Part shown: positions 39,501 through 52,301 of the stretch, in pieces
How positions within the stretch are numbered: the stretch's first letter is position 1
Layout: every line of letters starts with the position of its first letter
Source of the DNA: Tubulanus polymorphus
Taxonomy: Eukaryota > Animalia > Nemertea
Direction: 5' to 3'
Length of the DNA stretch: 64,000 nt
NCBI RefSeq assembly: GCF_964204645.1
Contig: NC_134029.1
Coordinates: 19,028,950-19,092,949, forward strand
Position numbers and translations under genes: made by a program
Notes under the pieces: model-generated
What the model saw: the letters and a program-made list of their open reading frames with translations, nothing else
Told to the model about the DNA's origin: nothing
Databases searched by the model: none

Positions 39501-42500
39501 CGCCAAGGGTATGGCACCAAGTCTGCTATACAGTACAAACCTCTGTCCCGGGTTTTTACAGGTTTCCCAATTTCGTTTTCCATAAATTTTCCATACACAG
39601 ATATAAATTTTCCATACCCCTAACCTTGAACAGACAATGCAGGCCCATTCAAAGTATCAAATGCCATTATCAATTCACCATTGACATTGACAAAGTGTCT
39701 GTGTAATAAGATATTTAGGCAGATAATCTAAAATTCATAATAGAAGGTAAATTTTTTTTTGGGACCATTTTCAGAATTTCTGTACCTTTCCCATAGGTGT
39801 AGAGGAAAATTTCCATAGCCTTCAAGGGCCTGGGAAAAAAATTTCCATTTGCCTAATTTTTCTGAAACCTGCAAAAATGTCAAGTGTCATTCGACCGTGC
39901 ATGCAGCTATACAAAAATACATGTCGACCAAATCAGTTATGGTTTTCTACAAAATTCACTCACAAGGGGGCTATCCCATTAAGCGTTCCTGAAAACAGGG
40001 ACTCTCCATTCCTGTTCGGTTTTAAGCCCAACGCACACGACACAGGGAAACACCTTTTTTGAAACATGGCTTCGGGAAGCAATTTTTCCGATATCAAAAT
40101 GTTTGATCCCGTATTCCTGTGTTTTTCTGAAACTTGTGCATCAGGTTCCAACTGGCCACCGTTGGAGAATGTGACATTTTCTCAGACAGGAGAGACCACG
40201 TGACAAAATTCGTCAAATTTTCCCTGATTTTTCCGATTCCCTGAGTTTTCAAGGTTTTCCAGGTCAGATAGGATACTACCCTGTACTGATAGGACACGAA
40301 ATACAGATGAATTAACCATGTTCACGTACGTACCTGTAGGGTCTGTTGATGATACCGGAATTCGAGACTGGGGGTTTGTGGATAGTTTCACGCGTTTTCG
40401 GAATAGCCGACGATGGCGGCGGCGGTGGTGGTGGTGGGTGACTGGGACTGATAGACGACTGCGATTGACTGTGCTGTTGACTTTGAGATGCGTTCCGATT
40501 GTACTGACTACTAGCAGCGCCGCTATGATGCTGCTGCTGCTGATTATGATGATTATGATGATGATGCTGTTGCTGGTGGTGATTGAGAGAGTTGCTTTGA
40601 CTATGCGGCGGTCTCTGGGAAGTGTTTATGCCGGATTTGAACGCGCCGCCGTGGTACGAACTGCCGCTATTCTCCAGGCGTGAACTGTGGCCGATTCTGA
40701 CGCCGTCCGACGATCGACCTAAAACCGAGTTCGTGTTGGTCGGCGGAAGTTTCAAGCTACTATGTTTGATCACTTTCTTTACGCGGCGTCCTATATTAGG
40801 TCCACTGGGTTTGATTTCTTTAGCGCTGAAAAAAAAGACAGCGACGGACAACATTTAGAAAAGGCTCAACGAGAAATACAGTTTGTTTTAAAATTACCCA
40901 GTGTTTTTTTCCAACATCAACAAAAATCATAGGGCATATTCTTCACAGGAATGGGATACCGGCACCCCGTTTCATTCCTAAATTAAATTCTAATCAACTT
41001 TTCTCATCATTCAATCAATTTTCAGTGAAATCTATACCATAAACTGAGTGAGAAAGCAGATCTTATATTTATACGATGACTTGATAATTTTCGATTTGGA
41101 AACCTAGAAATCAAATTTCATCGAAAAATGAACTGATTTTCACTGCGAATGACCCAGTGTTTCATCGTGCCATTCGGTGGCGCTGGCATCACATTCACTG
41201 AGGACAAAACATCGAAATTAGATCCAATGACTGCTTAGGTATTCCATTTGGAACGGCGTTCACGACAAACAACCGTAATTGGATATCAAAAAGTAGTTGA
41301 ATGGTAATTAAGTTATCAATTGATTTTGCGCGTAATTCAGGTCTTAAAAAAAAAGTGTCTACGCTGATAATATTAGTTGCAATACGATGCCATACAATGC
41401 ATTGTAAGTCAATTTAATATGCATTGAAGGTACGACATGACATTGTCTCATGGAAAAATTATTATATATGTAAAAGCGTAAGTTTAGCATTTACTTTTAT
41501 TCAAGTGGTTTTATCATTCACTGTTCTATTTCGAGGGTTTATTCAAGAAATCAAGGAAGTCCCTACAGCTCAACAAATTTCCCCGATTTTTTTTTAATGG
41601 AAATGAAAATTCCCCAACTTTTCCCCGATTTCCTTGTAAGTGGCCACCCCGATTAATGGTCTATATGATTGCCAACTGCTGGTGACGGACTAACGACGCG
41701 GCAATTCAACAGACATATCTCGGCACATCAAAGAGTTTATATCGCACCGAAAACAGCTTCCTTGACCCTTTCAGTGCGTCTACACCGCAGTGCGGTGTAT
41801 AAATCAGTGTTGGATTTTGCTAGTACACCGCACTGTGGTGTATTGATTTAATTAGTTATGAGTATTTATCTCTCTTGAAAGATGGCAGCACCTGTCAAAC
41901 ATAGTTAAATATTAGTAACTAACGATACACCGCGCCGCAGTGTAGACGCACTATAGCGGTATTCCCGTTATTCAACACACTAGGGTAGAATTTGTCAACA
42001 ATTTCAAATTATCTCCAGCACTATAGGGTATTAATTAGTCAGCACTGAATGGGTTAATAAGTCGATTCCTAAAAAACACTCACCAGACTTTCTTCGACTC
42101 CTCCTCGGCTAACGTCATTTTCTCTTTCGTCGCTTGGTACACGTCCTCGCCGGCTTGAATAGTCATACGATGGTTCATGCTACCCAACAGGTCCAACTGA
42201 GAACTATAAGAGCAACAACAGAAAAAAAAAACATTTTTTTGAAACTAGCAGAGAAACTTTAATAGATCAGTCATAAAAACGTTCAAGAACCTGATGCGTA
42301 GTTGCGAATGGTTTTCGTCAATCTTATGGTTTTCACATTTTGTAATTAGTCGACTAGAGGTTGCGGCTAGTAATAGAACACACTATAGTTCGGTCTTAAC
42401 CAGTTTCAGTGTCGGCCATCTTGGAACTAGGTCCAAACTACAGCCACCGCACTCAATCCCGTAATTCACTACTTTTCAAACTACAGCAGTGGCGGATCCA

Positions 42501-45500
42501 GGGGGTGCGTATCCCCTTTTTTGGCAGAGTGACCTTTGAATTTTCTACCCAAGACTTTTTGTTTAGAAAATGGTGAAATTGTGAACATATTTCATTACTA
42601 ATTTCAACCAGGAAAGTGCTCAAAATGTATCTAATTTTCCAAAATTGTCTGGAGGAGCATACCCAGACCCTGCCCCATATGTACGTAGTGACCCTAGAAA
42701 GTAGTGCGCACCCCTTTTTCTGATAGATCCACCCCTGTACAGTACTGACAAACTGACATACGAACTTCGCCCGGTGGTTATTGGGTGCGTCTAAAACTTT
42801 TCATTCATTTCAGCAACGCTTAAATTATCTATGAAAACCTCGATCTTTTACGAAGGACAAATTCATTGATTTTCGACAATAGAAGATCGCCAGTCACCCG
42901 AGATGAACGGGTAGAAGGGTAGAAAACACCACAGGAACGGGATATCGAAGACGGTAAACGAATCCCGTGAAAATTACACGATGAAACAAAACGCTCACTC
43001 ATTCGAAAAACGTTGTCATTAGAGGAAGAAGCAGGAGTTAATTTTTTAAGGGGCTGTTTTCGACTGCGAGCGCGTCAAGAAATATAAATGTCAAGGTAAA
43101 CGATCGCATCTGTTCTATTTCCGTAAAACACCCGCGATATAAAAACAATCCAATCTTAGACCTAATGGCTTCGTATCTGCGACATCAATCAGAACGGGGA
43201 GGTCGTCCCTGATTAGAATAGAGAAAATTTAAAATCTATTTTTGGTAGGAAGGCATATATGCCAAAATTTGACCCATTTACATGAGCAATCCGGGTTAAT
43301 TACATAGTAGTTCAGCTGAGTCGATGCAGAGAGATTTGGCTTCGACAATTATCAGGGGGGAAAAAACGATAATCAGAGAATTCAGCAACAGGTGATACAG
43401 CATGTTTAAATGATCGACAGCCTGTTGAGTTATCATTTTTTTCTTCTTTTTCTATTCAACAATCAAGTTTACGGGAACAATGACTGAAACGTGATAATAA
43501 TACAGCCCTGATGGTAGAAGACCAATTACAGAAATCTCGATTCAAAACCAGCCAATTTCAAATATCACGTCATTTTGCTCCGTGACATTTAAACGGGCAT
43601 CTTTTTTTTCTCAGGTGACCTGAGAGGGAGAGAGTGGGCCGCAAGATTAGCAATAAGCCAATAATGAAAGCTACCCACTCCCCCTGAGTTATAGTTTCAC
43701 GAATTTTTGCCAATAAGAAACCTTGGTAATGGTGTCAGCTGTTATTCTCAAAAATAGAACAAGACAACCGTCTTGAAAGTTTAACAAAATAACACACATA
43801 TACATTGCCGACATTGAATAATATAAATACAACATTAAGGTTCGATGAATCAATTATTGAATTGAATTGACTGGCAACCAGTCTAACCAGGCTAGCCCCA
43901 ATATTGATGACGATGAACCAATAGGAATAATTCATGAAAGAGAAAATAATGAATGCCTAAATTCATAACTGTTATTGTTATTTTCAAGGTTCTTACAGAT
44001 CTAGAAATCCAAAATTCCCCGATAATTCCCTGATTCTTGACCCAAAATTCCATGATCATCGTCATCGTAATTGTTATCTTTCATATTTCTTTTTGGCGCT
44101 GTTTTGGAGCTGTTGTTCGTCGAACTCCAACAAATTTAACGCTCATGCGCCAACAAACACCTGGCCTATTACTACATAAGTGAAGATCTTTCAGAAAAAA
44201 TTTACCTGCGTCGACTTTGCTGCTGGATACAATCGAAGCTGCCGTTGGGATCGCCTTGAATGCTGGATAAGTTGAAATGGTACGTTCGCTTTCCATTGGA
44301 AGACACATCGGGTATACTGATCAACTGAAAAATAGCATAAAAATAAATAAGCCCAGTATTTTCCCCGAGTTACGTCTGCATTGCTAACCAATTCCAGAAT
44401 CGACGACACAAGACAACCGTAGAGTAAACTATCCCCAAATGAGGGACATACAAATCTATGGCTATCTACAATTCATGAGTGGAATTGTCGAGGAACCACC
44501 AGTTCGGCCTATAATCACTCGGTCTTTAAAGTTTAATTGCAATTAAAAATCGAACAAAATCAATCATTTATGATTATCCATGAAATGCGCCCCGGCGATT
44601 ATACAACGAGCAATCTGCTTGGTGCTGTAAGTTTCCATGTGCCGAACCTGTATATGTGCCCGTGCACTCGGGCCAATAGGGCAGGGGCGCATGCCGTCGA
44701 TGAGTCTAGCAACGACATCGATCAACGGCATCCCTAACCGGGGATGACGGAAAGGACATACCGTCCCAATAAGCATATAATACACGTAACAATAACCTGA
44801 ATAAAACTCAGAAACATTCGTGGGTCGCCTCGCGATTGCTTTATCCGATCGAGTTCATGTCATTACGATATCATTCGAAATAAAGCAGCAATTAGTAATC
44901 GGTGAACCTTATTTTTGCGCCAGGTTAACTTGATAAATAACTTTATCACAGAGCTATTTTTTTAATTTTTCAGCACAACCGATGACAATAGACTTTAGCC
45001 GACATCATAAATCACAAACTGACATACATGTTACACAGCATAAACAAGTTTTTCAATCAAGTGTATTTAAGTACGAGTATGAAAGAATGGTTGGAGCCCG
45101 TACCTTCCATGGGCATAATAATAAAGTATATCCCCTTAAACTACCATTTCCTTGTGACGTAACACGGTACCCAATAACTAGTGAAATACTGCCAGAAGAC
45201 ATGAACTGCTGAAATCATTGTTGACGCAGTGCTCCTATAGCCCGCATTCGCCCAATAGGTACCATTAAGCCGCAATTGCATGAGCATTTTTGGCCAAGGC
45301 CAAATTAGACCCGGAAAAACTGGTCACACGGATGCCGAATAGGCCCCGAGCCTGTTTGGTTTGACCAAAAATGTCGAAGCAAATTAGAGCCAAATTTGGG
45401 CACAGGTCAAATAATTGCGCGTGAATTGCAACTGATTCGAGATGTGACTTGATTTGCGCGTGAACGCGCTCTCCGATTAGGAATGAACTAAATTCGACTC

Positions 45501-47429
45501 GGGCCTGATCCGTGCTGCAGTTCGGTCTGGATCAAATCGTCTCCGTGTGATCGCAGCTTTAAGTTTTCGATAATTTTTTCCTCGGCTTAATTCTCTGAAA
45601 GGCAACCGACGACTGCAAACCGACGAATTTCAATTTAGACTTACCCCATTTTCACCTTTGAACTGTATCGAAGATTTACTGCTACACGATTTCTGCAAAA
45701 TAAAAAACAAGCCATTATTAGAACCATAGCAAGCTATAACAATTGATCGGTTGCATACACCACATAGATTTCAAAATCATACCTATAAAATAGCCATATA
45801 GTCATTGTATGCATAACGAAAATTACTAAGTTACCTGAAAAAATTCCACCATATGCGAGTCTAGGCTCAGTTTCATATCAGTTTCTAATTTATTCATTTA
45901 TTTTCAAATACATGTATTACTACGAATACTTATTCCGAAAATTGAATTTTCTAATTTCAACTAAAAAAATATCAACCATGCAACCGTACATTTTTATCAA
46001 AACCTCTATCAACTGTATATATGATGTAGACTCGCAATCGGCAACTGTAGATATTCGAAACTAAAAAAATAGATAGGCCTGCTTGGCTTGGAATTGGAAT
46101 CGCCGATTTCAAACTAGCTTTAATGTTACGTTGCCGCGGCGCATTTACATCAAAAACATGGTATTCAAAGAAAAAGAAAATATGTCATTCAGCAAATTAT
46201 TGCCGCGCGGCTTGCAGTTCCAGCGCCACTTGAGGAAATCCGAGGACTGCTACGAACCCGGCTATATGTATATTCAACCACCCAACCCGCCCACCTATCT
46301 ATAGGCAGATAGCAGGCTTTTCACGTTCGAATCATGAATTCTATCGCTGCAGACCGTATATAAACAAACAACGGATTGTGCGCCGATGACAATGGAATAA
46401 AAAGTCATTCGCAATCTGTTTCCAAATCTGAAAATCATTTCTCATGATTTATACCATCGATAGGTAAATCTTGCCGATTTTGCTGAAACAGCACATTTCT
46501 CAGCGAGCGCGTCATACTAAGACCAGGCGCGCGCGTGTGCACGTCTAGCATGCGCAGCTGGTGTATGTGAATGTGATATCTGTAATCCGACATTGCGACA
46601 TTGCGGCGTGACATTTTTCAGTTGTCATTATTTCTATTTTCATATCAGGCTTATCCGCACGAAAGCACCCTGAAATATGCATAATGATTAACCGCTGTTT
46701 TAAGCCTAAAATCTGTATTTTATCATCATCATCCAAATACGATGATCCATCATCGCGGAAAATACGTAAAAAATTCAGTATAAAAGGGCGTCGTTCCAAT
46801 TTTCCGATAAGCCTACCTCTAGTTGTTCTGTAGCCACCATCACACGGAGACGTGGCCCGGGCCAAATTGGCACGGATCAGACTCGAGCCAAATTTGAAAC
46901 CAGCCTCTAGCCGTGCCTAATTACAGAGCAAACAACTCACTCGATACTAAACAATGCTTAAAAAAAAGAAATGGGTCATTTCCGGTAGAAGTTGCAATTC
47001 AAATGCAATCATTTGTCTGGTGCTAAAATTTGGCTTGGCCCTGGTCCAACGTTTTTGTTTGGGTCAAACAGGCTTGGGTACATTTCGCACCAGTGAGAAC
47101 AGTTGTTCCAGGCCAAATTTGACACCAGCCAAAAACACTCGTGTGATCGCGGCTTATTCCTAAGTTATTTGGCTCGGGCCTGGTCCAACGTTTTTGTTCT
47201 GGCCTAAAAGGCCTTGGGTACATTTGGCAACAGCCAGAACAGTTGTTCCAGGCCGAATTTGACACCAGCCAAAAACACTCGTGTCATCGCGGCTTATTCC
47301 TCAGTTTTATCAGAGGAAGAAGAAGGACCCGCATAGTTTAACTGGCAAGGTTGGCTTTTTCTGTTGCTCAGATGATACACCCAAATCCATCTGTGAATTA
47401 TCTTATTTAGAACTTACGAGAATCTTTGA

Positions 47430-47471
<42 letters not shown>

Positions 47472-50400
47472 ATCTTATCGTTTAACTTCAGTCATCATAC
47501 CCGGTATTTTTCAATGAATATGTTAGATATTTCAAATTCTCAATTTTCATTCACTTGTGTCTGACAAATTGTTGACATACATATTTCATTCATTTCCGTC
47601 CTTTCAGCATTACATATAAATTGCGAGCTCTTTTTTGATAGAAGTCCAATATTTTCGACATTCGATAGACATGTTGAGAGGCTAATCAACTAATAACAGA
47701 ATAAACATCATTATTCAACAAATGGTAATAGTCCGTTAAATGGTCGCATGTAAACAGTGGATATCTTTTTTCAACTTTTTTACTGATTTATTAGAAAATG
47801 GCAGAACTCCATGGATGTCAAGCCGGTATATTGAAAGTTGTGGCAGCCATATTGAAATAGCAAGTAGGCTAACCTGAATTTAACTAGGTGTAATCCATCT
47901 ACCTGAGCCCATCACCCCTTCTGAGTTTATAAGAAATTGCACATTATGCCTATTTGAAGTGTGTAGAGCGTCAACGCCAAATTCAAGATGTCCATGCACC
48001 TTAGTGGCAATTTTGGGACAATGCGTAAAATCCGATGTAAAGCGCACTATTTTGTAGTGTCTAGTCAGAGCACTAACAAGAATTTCAAAAGGTCCGCCAT
48101 GGTGGCCATATTGGAAGAGCGAGAAACTTGATTTTCAATATGTGTAATCAATGAACCTACCCTGAATTGAGTTATACACCTACTAAGTTTCGAAAATGCA
48201 ATACGTGAAATTTCCCAAATATTTTCTGATTCGAGGAAAAATTTTTCAAATTCACAAATATTTCCGTCTTGGGAATTATTATTTTTTTTTCTAAATTCCG
48301 AAGTTTTTCCCAATTTCCCTGTTCCGTGGGAACCATGCCCCCCATCTGGGCTGAAATAATATGACTCATGATTATCAAGGGATTCAACGCACAAAAATAT
48401 CATTGAAACTGCTCTTTCATCGTAAAAGTCCGCATGAAAAATTTATTTGACTAAACTGGTAGGGCCTACAATTTTTATACGAGATAATTATTACGCAAAA
48501 GGCACGCGCGTTCTTGCCCGAGGGAATATTTTTTCCGAGCTGAACTAGCGGCAGGAGTTTCAAAAATCAATACTACAAACATATTCTACCAACGAAATAT
48601 TTGAGTTTAAACGCCAGGCCCAACAAAGCCAATACAATTGATTATTGCCGGGGGCGACGCCGATCGATAAATAAAGACGTTAATTTTGTTTATGACGACA
48701 GCCCCCGACGGGCGTACGACTCGGGTTCCGATTACGAAACCGCCGGCGGAAAAACCGTGTCGCTTTTGAAGTCGAGAGACGAAAGGTGAAATAATATGGA
48801 TTAGAATAATAGTAGCAAAAATTGCACGGTTTCGCTCAAAAATGGATCTACATTTCGTTCACAAATGAGTCGATATTCGAAAATATCTATGGCAACCATT
48901 TTGGAATACCGGTCGCGATCTTGACCCAGGCCAAATTTGGTCCATTGCAGGTTACGTCAGGCACAATCCCGTTTACACCAGGGTCCAGTTTCACGAAAAA
49001 GTTTAAGCCTAAAACGGTTAAGTTTGAATTGTTGTCCTCAGTGAAAACATGAAGTTACCAATGGCAATTACACCAAAAATTTGAGTTGAACTTTTTCGTG
49101 AAACCGGGCCCAGCGCCAAATGCATCATTTCGTTGAGTGTCTAACTAGTGAAAACAGGCCCAACTAAATATTTGGACCAGGGTTGTGCCACCAAATTGCA
49201 GCAAATAACTGTGCGTAAACATGCTCTAAACATTGACCACACACTAAATTAGACTGATCAGGGTCAAATCGTCTCTGAATGATTGCTGGCTATCAATTGT
49301 GGCTAGTTTCAATGCTTGGCTGGTCACTTATGAGCTGGCTATGAATTATCACTAGGCCCAATGAACACATAGGGTACGAATTATTTTCCATGACGCACTC
49401 ATTCTCAAGATCGAGAAAAAAATGTTAATCAAGGTCACTGAATAGACATGACGTGCAGCTGACGATGCTCAGAGACTTATCACTACTGACTGTTCTATTT
49501 CACATGAGCCTAGGTCAAATTTTTTTTCGCTGTTCTAAATAGGCCTATGCCTTTTGTGAACTAGCCAAAAATCTGAAACAATAGCTGAAGAATGACGCAA
49601 GACAGGGCATAATACATTTCGCAAAAGATTAAAACTCAAAACGCCTCATCTATTTCTAAGATTATGTATATGATTTGAGTGTGCTACATTTTTGTTTATA
49701 GTCGATGTTTTCTAAGTACAATCTAATTAATCCCGAACCTACTCTTGAAGCTTGACTAATCTGTGCTCTGCAAGATTTATTGGCAGGGCATACGTATTCA
49801 CGGTATGATTAGCACGTCTTACTTGCTAGGCCTAGGCCTATATATTCTTTAACCGTTCTATTGCGGTTACATTTTTAAAACAATTAAGTAGATGACTTTC
49901 TGCGGTTTTGCTTCGTAGACTTCGGAATTTTGAAAGTGTTTCCATCTAAAAAAAAAAGTCGGGCTACTCATAGTTATGATTTAGGTATACAGGAAATTTC
50001 ATTAGGTCTTTCATTTTACTAGTCACAGACAAATTTCCTGGTAGTCTGGCACTTGAATAGGTACCCTCATATTATATTCATTATCAAAAGGCTCCTGAAG
50101 TCGTAACCACCAAGTCCGAAATATCAATTAGCTCGAAGTAGCATGCCTAAATGGGGACAGCTGCGTTGCTTTTGTCTGCTAGACCCTAAAGCCTCAAGAA
50201 AATGTGTGGAAACATCAAGTAACCAATAGCAATTTAATTTTCTACCTTCAACACAATTCTGCTTTGAAAAATTGCTAGAAGAAGTCAATCCATCTAGAGG
50301 CCTAACTAAACACATAGCTAAGTAAAAATTAATTTGCTAATAAAAATAGATGGCAGTGATTATTTAGATTAAACGAACACGACTAAGCAAGAAGGTTAAC

Positions 50401-51047
50401 TTTATCCATAGACGCAATTAGGTAAAAGAAAATCAAATTGTTTGGTGAGCAAGACTCGAGTTTAAGAGATTATTTTATCGACAGATATATGCCATATCAA
50501 TTAACTAGACTGCAATCTACATCCACAAACATACGCAAACACGAAGCTGCCCCTATGAATGAATTTTTGAAAGGGACTAAAACAGTCAGTATTCACAATT
50601 CTGTTCCCATGAAATATTTCATTGCCTAATACTAATAGGTAGTAATGATGCGAAATTAAGCTATTATTTTACAAACTATTCTACTATCTAAATGAGTACG
50701 TAAAAAGAAATAGCAGGGCTCAAGTAATCTGTTATAATTCGAGATCTGGCGACCGAGAGAAATTTTGCTAGGTCGGCAGTTTTCCAACTTGCCATTTATG
50801 GCAACACACGATACCAGCTGTTTTTCGAGATGCGAGTTGGTAATACAAAACCTGAACGGTCCCGCGCTTCAAATGGTATTCGTGCTCTACGGGCACATAC
50901 AACACGTAAATATACCTTGTTTTTCGAATAAACGTCCAAAGCTCTGAGCGCCGAGTCGGTTAATTTCACGTAGACGACGGTTTTTCCAGCGTAATCAGCC
51001 AGATTTGAAGAGAGCCCATACTGATTACCCTCCGCTAACGCCGCCAT
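24590..51047 (-). CDS. ELL: RNA polymerase II elongation factor ELL, complete, 602 aa. Exons in transcript order: 51047-50916, 45692-45645, 44324-44206, 42203-42084, 40825-40334, 33901-33831, 31028-30866, 27190-26849, 25603-25432, 24739-24590
   Basis: Ten GT-AG exons sum to 1809 nt with matching phases. N-terminus MAAL...YVKLTDSALRAL, SIQFKG, GSFDCIQQ; central RPYRDRVIHLLAVRPYKKPEL and LDWPFYTE; C-terminal occludin/ELL domain PDYV..YTVITSNEQRQKYK..FNSQYDEYR..LH...YLHNKLAHVKRKILEYD. Start context AACATGGCG. Confidence 0.96.
25709..25844. mobile_element. pogo-like MITE; related remnants at about 22331-22504, 28230-28365 and 30194-30280
   Basis: TA|CAGTAAACCTGGCTTAACTC ... GAGTTGAACAAGGTTTACTG|TA. 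Confidence 0.75.
26489..26745. mobile_element. Degenerate copy of the piggyBac-like MITE
   Basis: TTAA on both sides; GACAGGTGCTGCCATCTTTCAATGGAGATAAAAAC is shared with the block at about 7625-7660. Confidence 0.65.
27372..27660. repeat. About 290-bp imperfect inverted repeat, probably two opposed Penelope-like terminal fragments; a single arm also lies at about 1073-1225
   Basis: The arms pair along their length (TAAAACGCAACT/AGTTGTGTTTTA; ATAGTATTCTATTACT/AGTAATAGAATACTAT). Each arm holds a GACTC..GAGTC-GAAA hairpin motif. The Penelope assignment is inference. Confidence 0.6.
28936..29293. mobile_element. PIF/Harbinger-like MITE with about 43-bp TIRs
   Basis: AGCCCAGCGCACATCGACACTGCGATTGGAGACAACTAGTTGC with a near-perfect inverted copy at the right end; TAA on both sides. 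Confidence 0.85.
29297..29733. mobile_element. Second PIF/Harbinger-like MITE directly abutting the first
   Basis: TIR AGCCCCGAACACACTATGCGATTTT versus AAAATCGCTAAGTGTGTTCGGGCCA; internal repeats of ACACACTATGCGA; shares the TAA at 29294-29296. Confidence 0.8.
31703..33205. repeat. 50-bp minisatellite, about 30 copies
   Basis: Unit AGAGTGGCTGGGATCGAGGGGCTGCGTGTGTGCGTGGATTACCCTTATAT repeated in tandem, with variant and truncated units. Confidence 0.97.
33224..33433. repeat. 42-bp tandem array (5 copies); an inverted counterpart of about 2 copies lies at about 31615-31690
   Basis: Unit ACAATCGGGGTTGTAGACATTGTCGACGAGTAGAATCGGTCG. The left copies are its reverse complement. Confidence 0.92.
34626..35151. 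mobile_element. PIF/Harbinger-like MITE
   Basis: TIR core GCACTCAGGTCGCCCT / AGGGCGACCTGAGTGC; TAA on both sides; internal GCTCAGGTCG repeats and a 30-bp internal duplication at about 34797-34868. Confidence 0.8.
35725..35839 (+). repeat. Polypurine G-rich tract with GGGGAGGTAGGTAGGGAG repeats
   Basis: About 115 nt almost free of pyrimidines, with multiple GGG runs. Confidence 0.85.
36655..36900. mobile_element. Two tandem copies of a short palindromic MITE (36655-36792 full, 36796-36900 deleted) at CTG target sites
   Basis: GGGCCAGTTGCA...TGCAACTGGCCC; CTG at 36652-36654, 36793-36795 and 36901-36903. Confidence 0.8.
36905..38034. mobile_element. Two related hAT-like MITE copies (about 36905-37352 and 37709-38034)
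   Basis: CAGGGTTTC...GAAACCC(TG) termini, repeated AAGGAC motifs and a shared TTCCAGTAAAATGAGGACCCATAAGGAAGCATTT block. The TSD is not preserved. Confidence 0.6.
38800..38997 (-). mobile_element. Degenerate DINE-1/Helentron-like remnant
   Basis: GACG/GACA microsatellite next to the palindrome TAGCCC...GGGCTAAAA; boundaries approximate. Confidence 0.4.
41766..42053. mobile_element. piggyBac-like MITE, inverted relative to 7515-7755
   Basis: TTGA|CCCTTTCAGTGC ... GCACTGAATGGG|TTAA; shared GAAAGATGGCAGCACCTGTC block. Confidence 0.75.
42487..42737. mobile_element. MITE with CAGTGGCGGATC / GATCCACCCCTG termini
   Basis: TIRs present. An internal 38-bp block TACGTAGTGACCCTAGAAAGTAGTGCGCACCCCTTTTT also occurs at about 37639-37677. 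Confidence 0.6.
45268..45558. mobile_element. Copy of the same MITE family with TTA target duplication (Harbinger-like)
   Basis: TTA|AGCCGCAATTGCA ... CGTGTGATCGCAGCT|TTA. Confidence 0.75.
46832..47300. mobile_element. Inverted copy of the same MITE family followed by an about 140-bp tandem duplication of its end
   Basis: AGCCACCATCACACGG at 46832. GTGTGATCGCGGCTTATTCCT at 47141-47161 is repeated at 47281-47301. Confidence 0.75.
47433..47470. repeat. (CT)n microsatellite; a shorter one lies at about 28525-28551
   Basis: Direct inspection. Confidence 0.95.
48982..49110. mobile_element. Short palindromic MITE at a CAG target. Related degenerate copies at about 5290-5385, 13673-13755, 19190-19262, 20703-20772, 24852-24980 and 57617-57818
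   Basis: GGTCCAGTTTCACGAAAAAGTT / AACTTTTTCGTGAAACCGGGCC; CAG on both sides. Confidence 0.7.
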
Positions 51048-52301
51048 GTTGAGCAGCTCTCTTACCTTTGACCCGGAACAGCGAGTAACATCGACTGCCA
51101 CAGGTGGCTCGCTAGTTGTAAACCTCGACTGCCGCAGTGCGTCCTGTTAATTTCGATTCCACTGTTGCCGCATTTCGACGTCCCGACTAGGAAAGGAGTT
51201 CTAATAATTAATGCAAACAAAAAACATTACCCTGCATCCAATTACACAAAAATGATTAACTCGAAATATCGATCTAGAATGGAATGAATGAAGATAGAAA
51301 TAAGATTGACTTGAAACCCCTGCTGCATTTGGATCATTAAGTTATATTCCCCCTATCATTTTGATTTCGATGGAATTAGTTTTTAACTTAGTTACCCCGG
51401 TAATTAATTTTACGACAACAATTGTGGCAATGACAGGGTTGACATTTCACAAAGAGGATCAACTGTAAATCAATTCAAGAAATGCAATGGACTTCAGATT
51501 TTTTAACTTTTCTGTGAAACTCGTCCATGGCCTCTTGGCAAGTGTTGTACTAGGTTAGAAACTCAATGCCAACCTGAGTCAGAGTGGGCTGGGAAAAGCG
51601 TCAAACCAAAATGAATAAAAACCTCATTTACAATGAAATTTTTTTATTTGCTCATAAGAGCATCACACATTTTGCCAAAGTACCCCTAATCAAAATACAT
51701 CACATAAATAATTTACAATCATAGATATTTCACATCAACATTTAAATACAGCTTAATGGACTCGATGAAGTATAAACAAGCAAAATTGAGTCATTTTTAA
51801 AATGACTAGAGATTTAATTTAAAATTGAATTTTTCATAAGGGAATAATACTATATATTTCATGAGATCAGTGCAACCAAAAATAATCGAATTATTTCTAC
51901 TTGGAATGAATAATCATTGATAGAATCAAACTGAATGAAATGAACATAATTTTATCATGAACATTTTATTAAATCTAATGCCTTCTAGGGTAGACTCTGA
52001 CAGGAGCACAAAAAGGTCAAACAGTTAAAAAGGGACAAGTTTCCACGTGGAGCATGTGCCAAGCTAAAACAGGGTCTGAAAAATCTAGAAATTCCAGTGA
52101 TTTTTTTACACAAATTTCTACCGTAGGCACTTGAGCGACATAGAATAAAAGCTAAATCTGTGCTGCAGACTGCTGTCTTTTTAGTTATGGGTGGAAAAAG
52201 TGCCCTGAAAAATTCGCCATTGTATTTTCAAAAAGGCATGGGATAATTACGATGGAAGCACATGCTCCCGTTTGGATCTGCCCCTGTTCCCATGTTGTTG
52301 C

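Noticed and set aside
50907-50915. ELL intron 1 donor GTATATTTA as a possible U12 site
   Set aside because: It lacks the CC at +5/+6 of GTATCCTT, and no U12 branch point is seen before the acceptor at 45693.
51048-51101. N-terminal extension MAVDVTRCSG... of ELL in the ORF track
   Set aside because: It begins at GTG. Homology and Kozak context point to the ATG at 51047.
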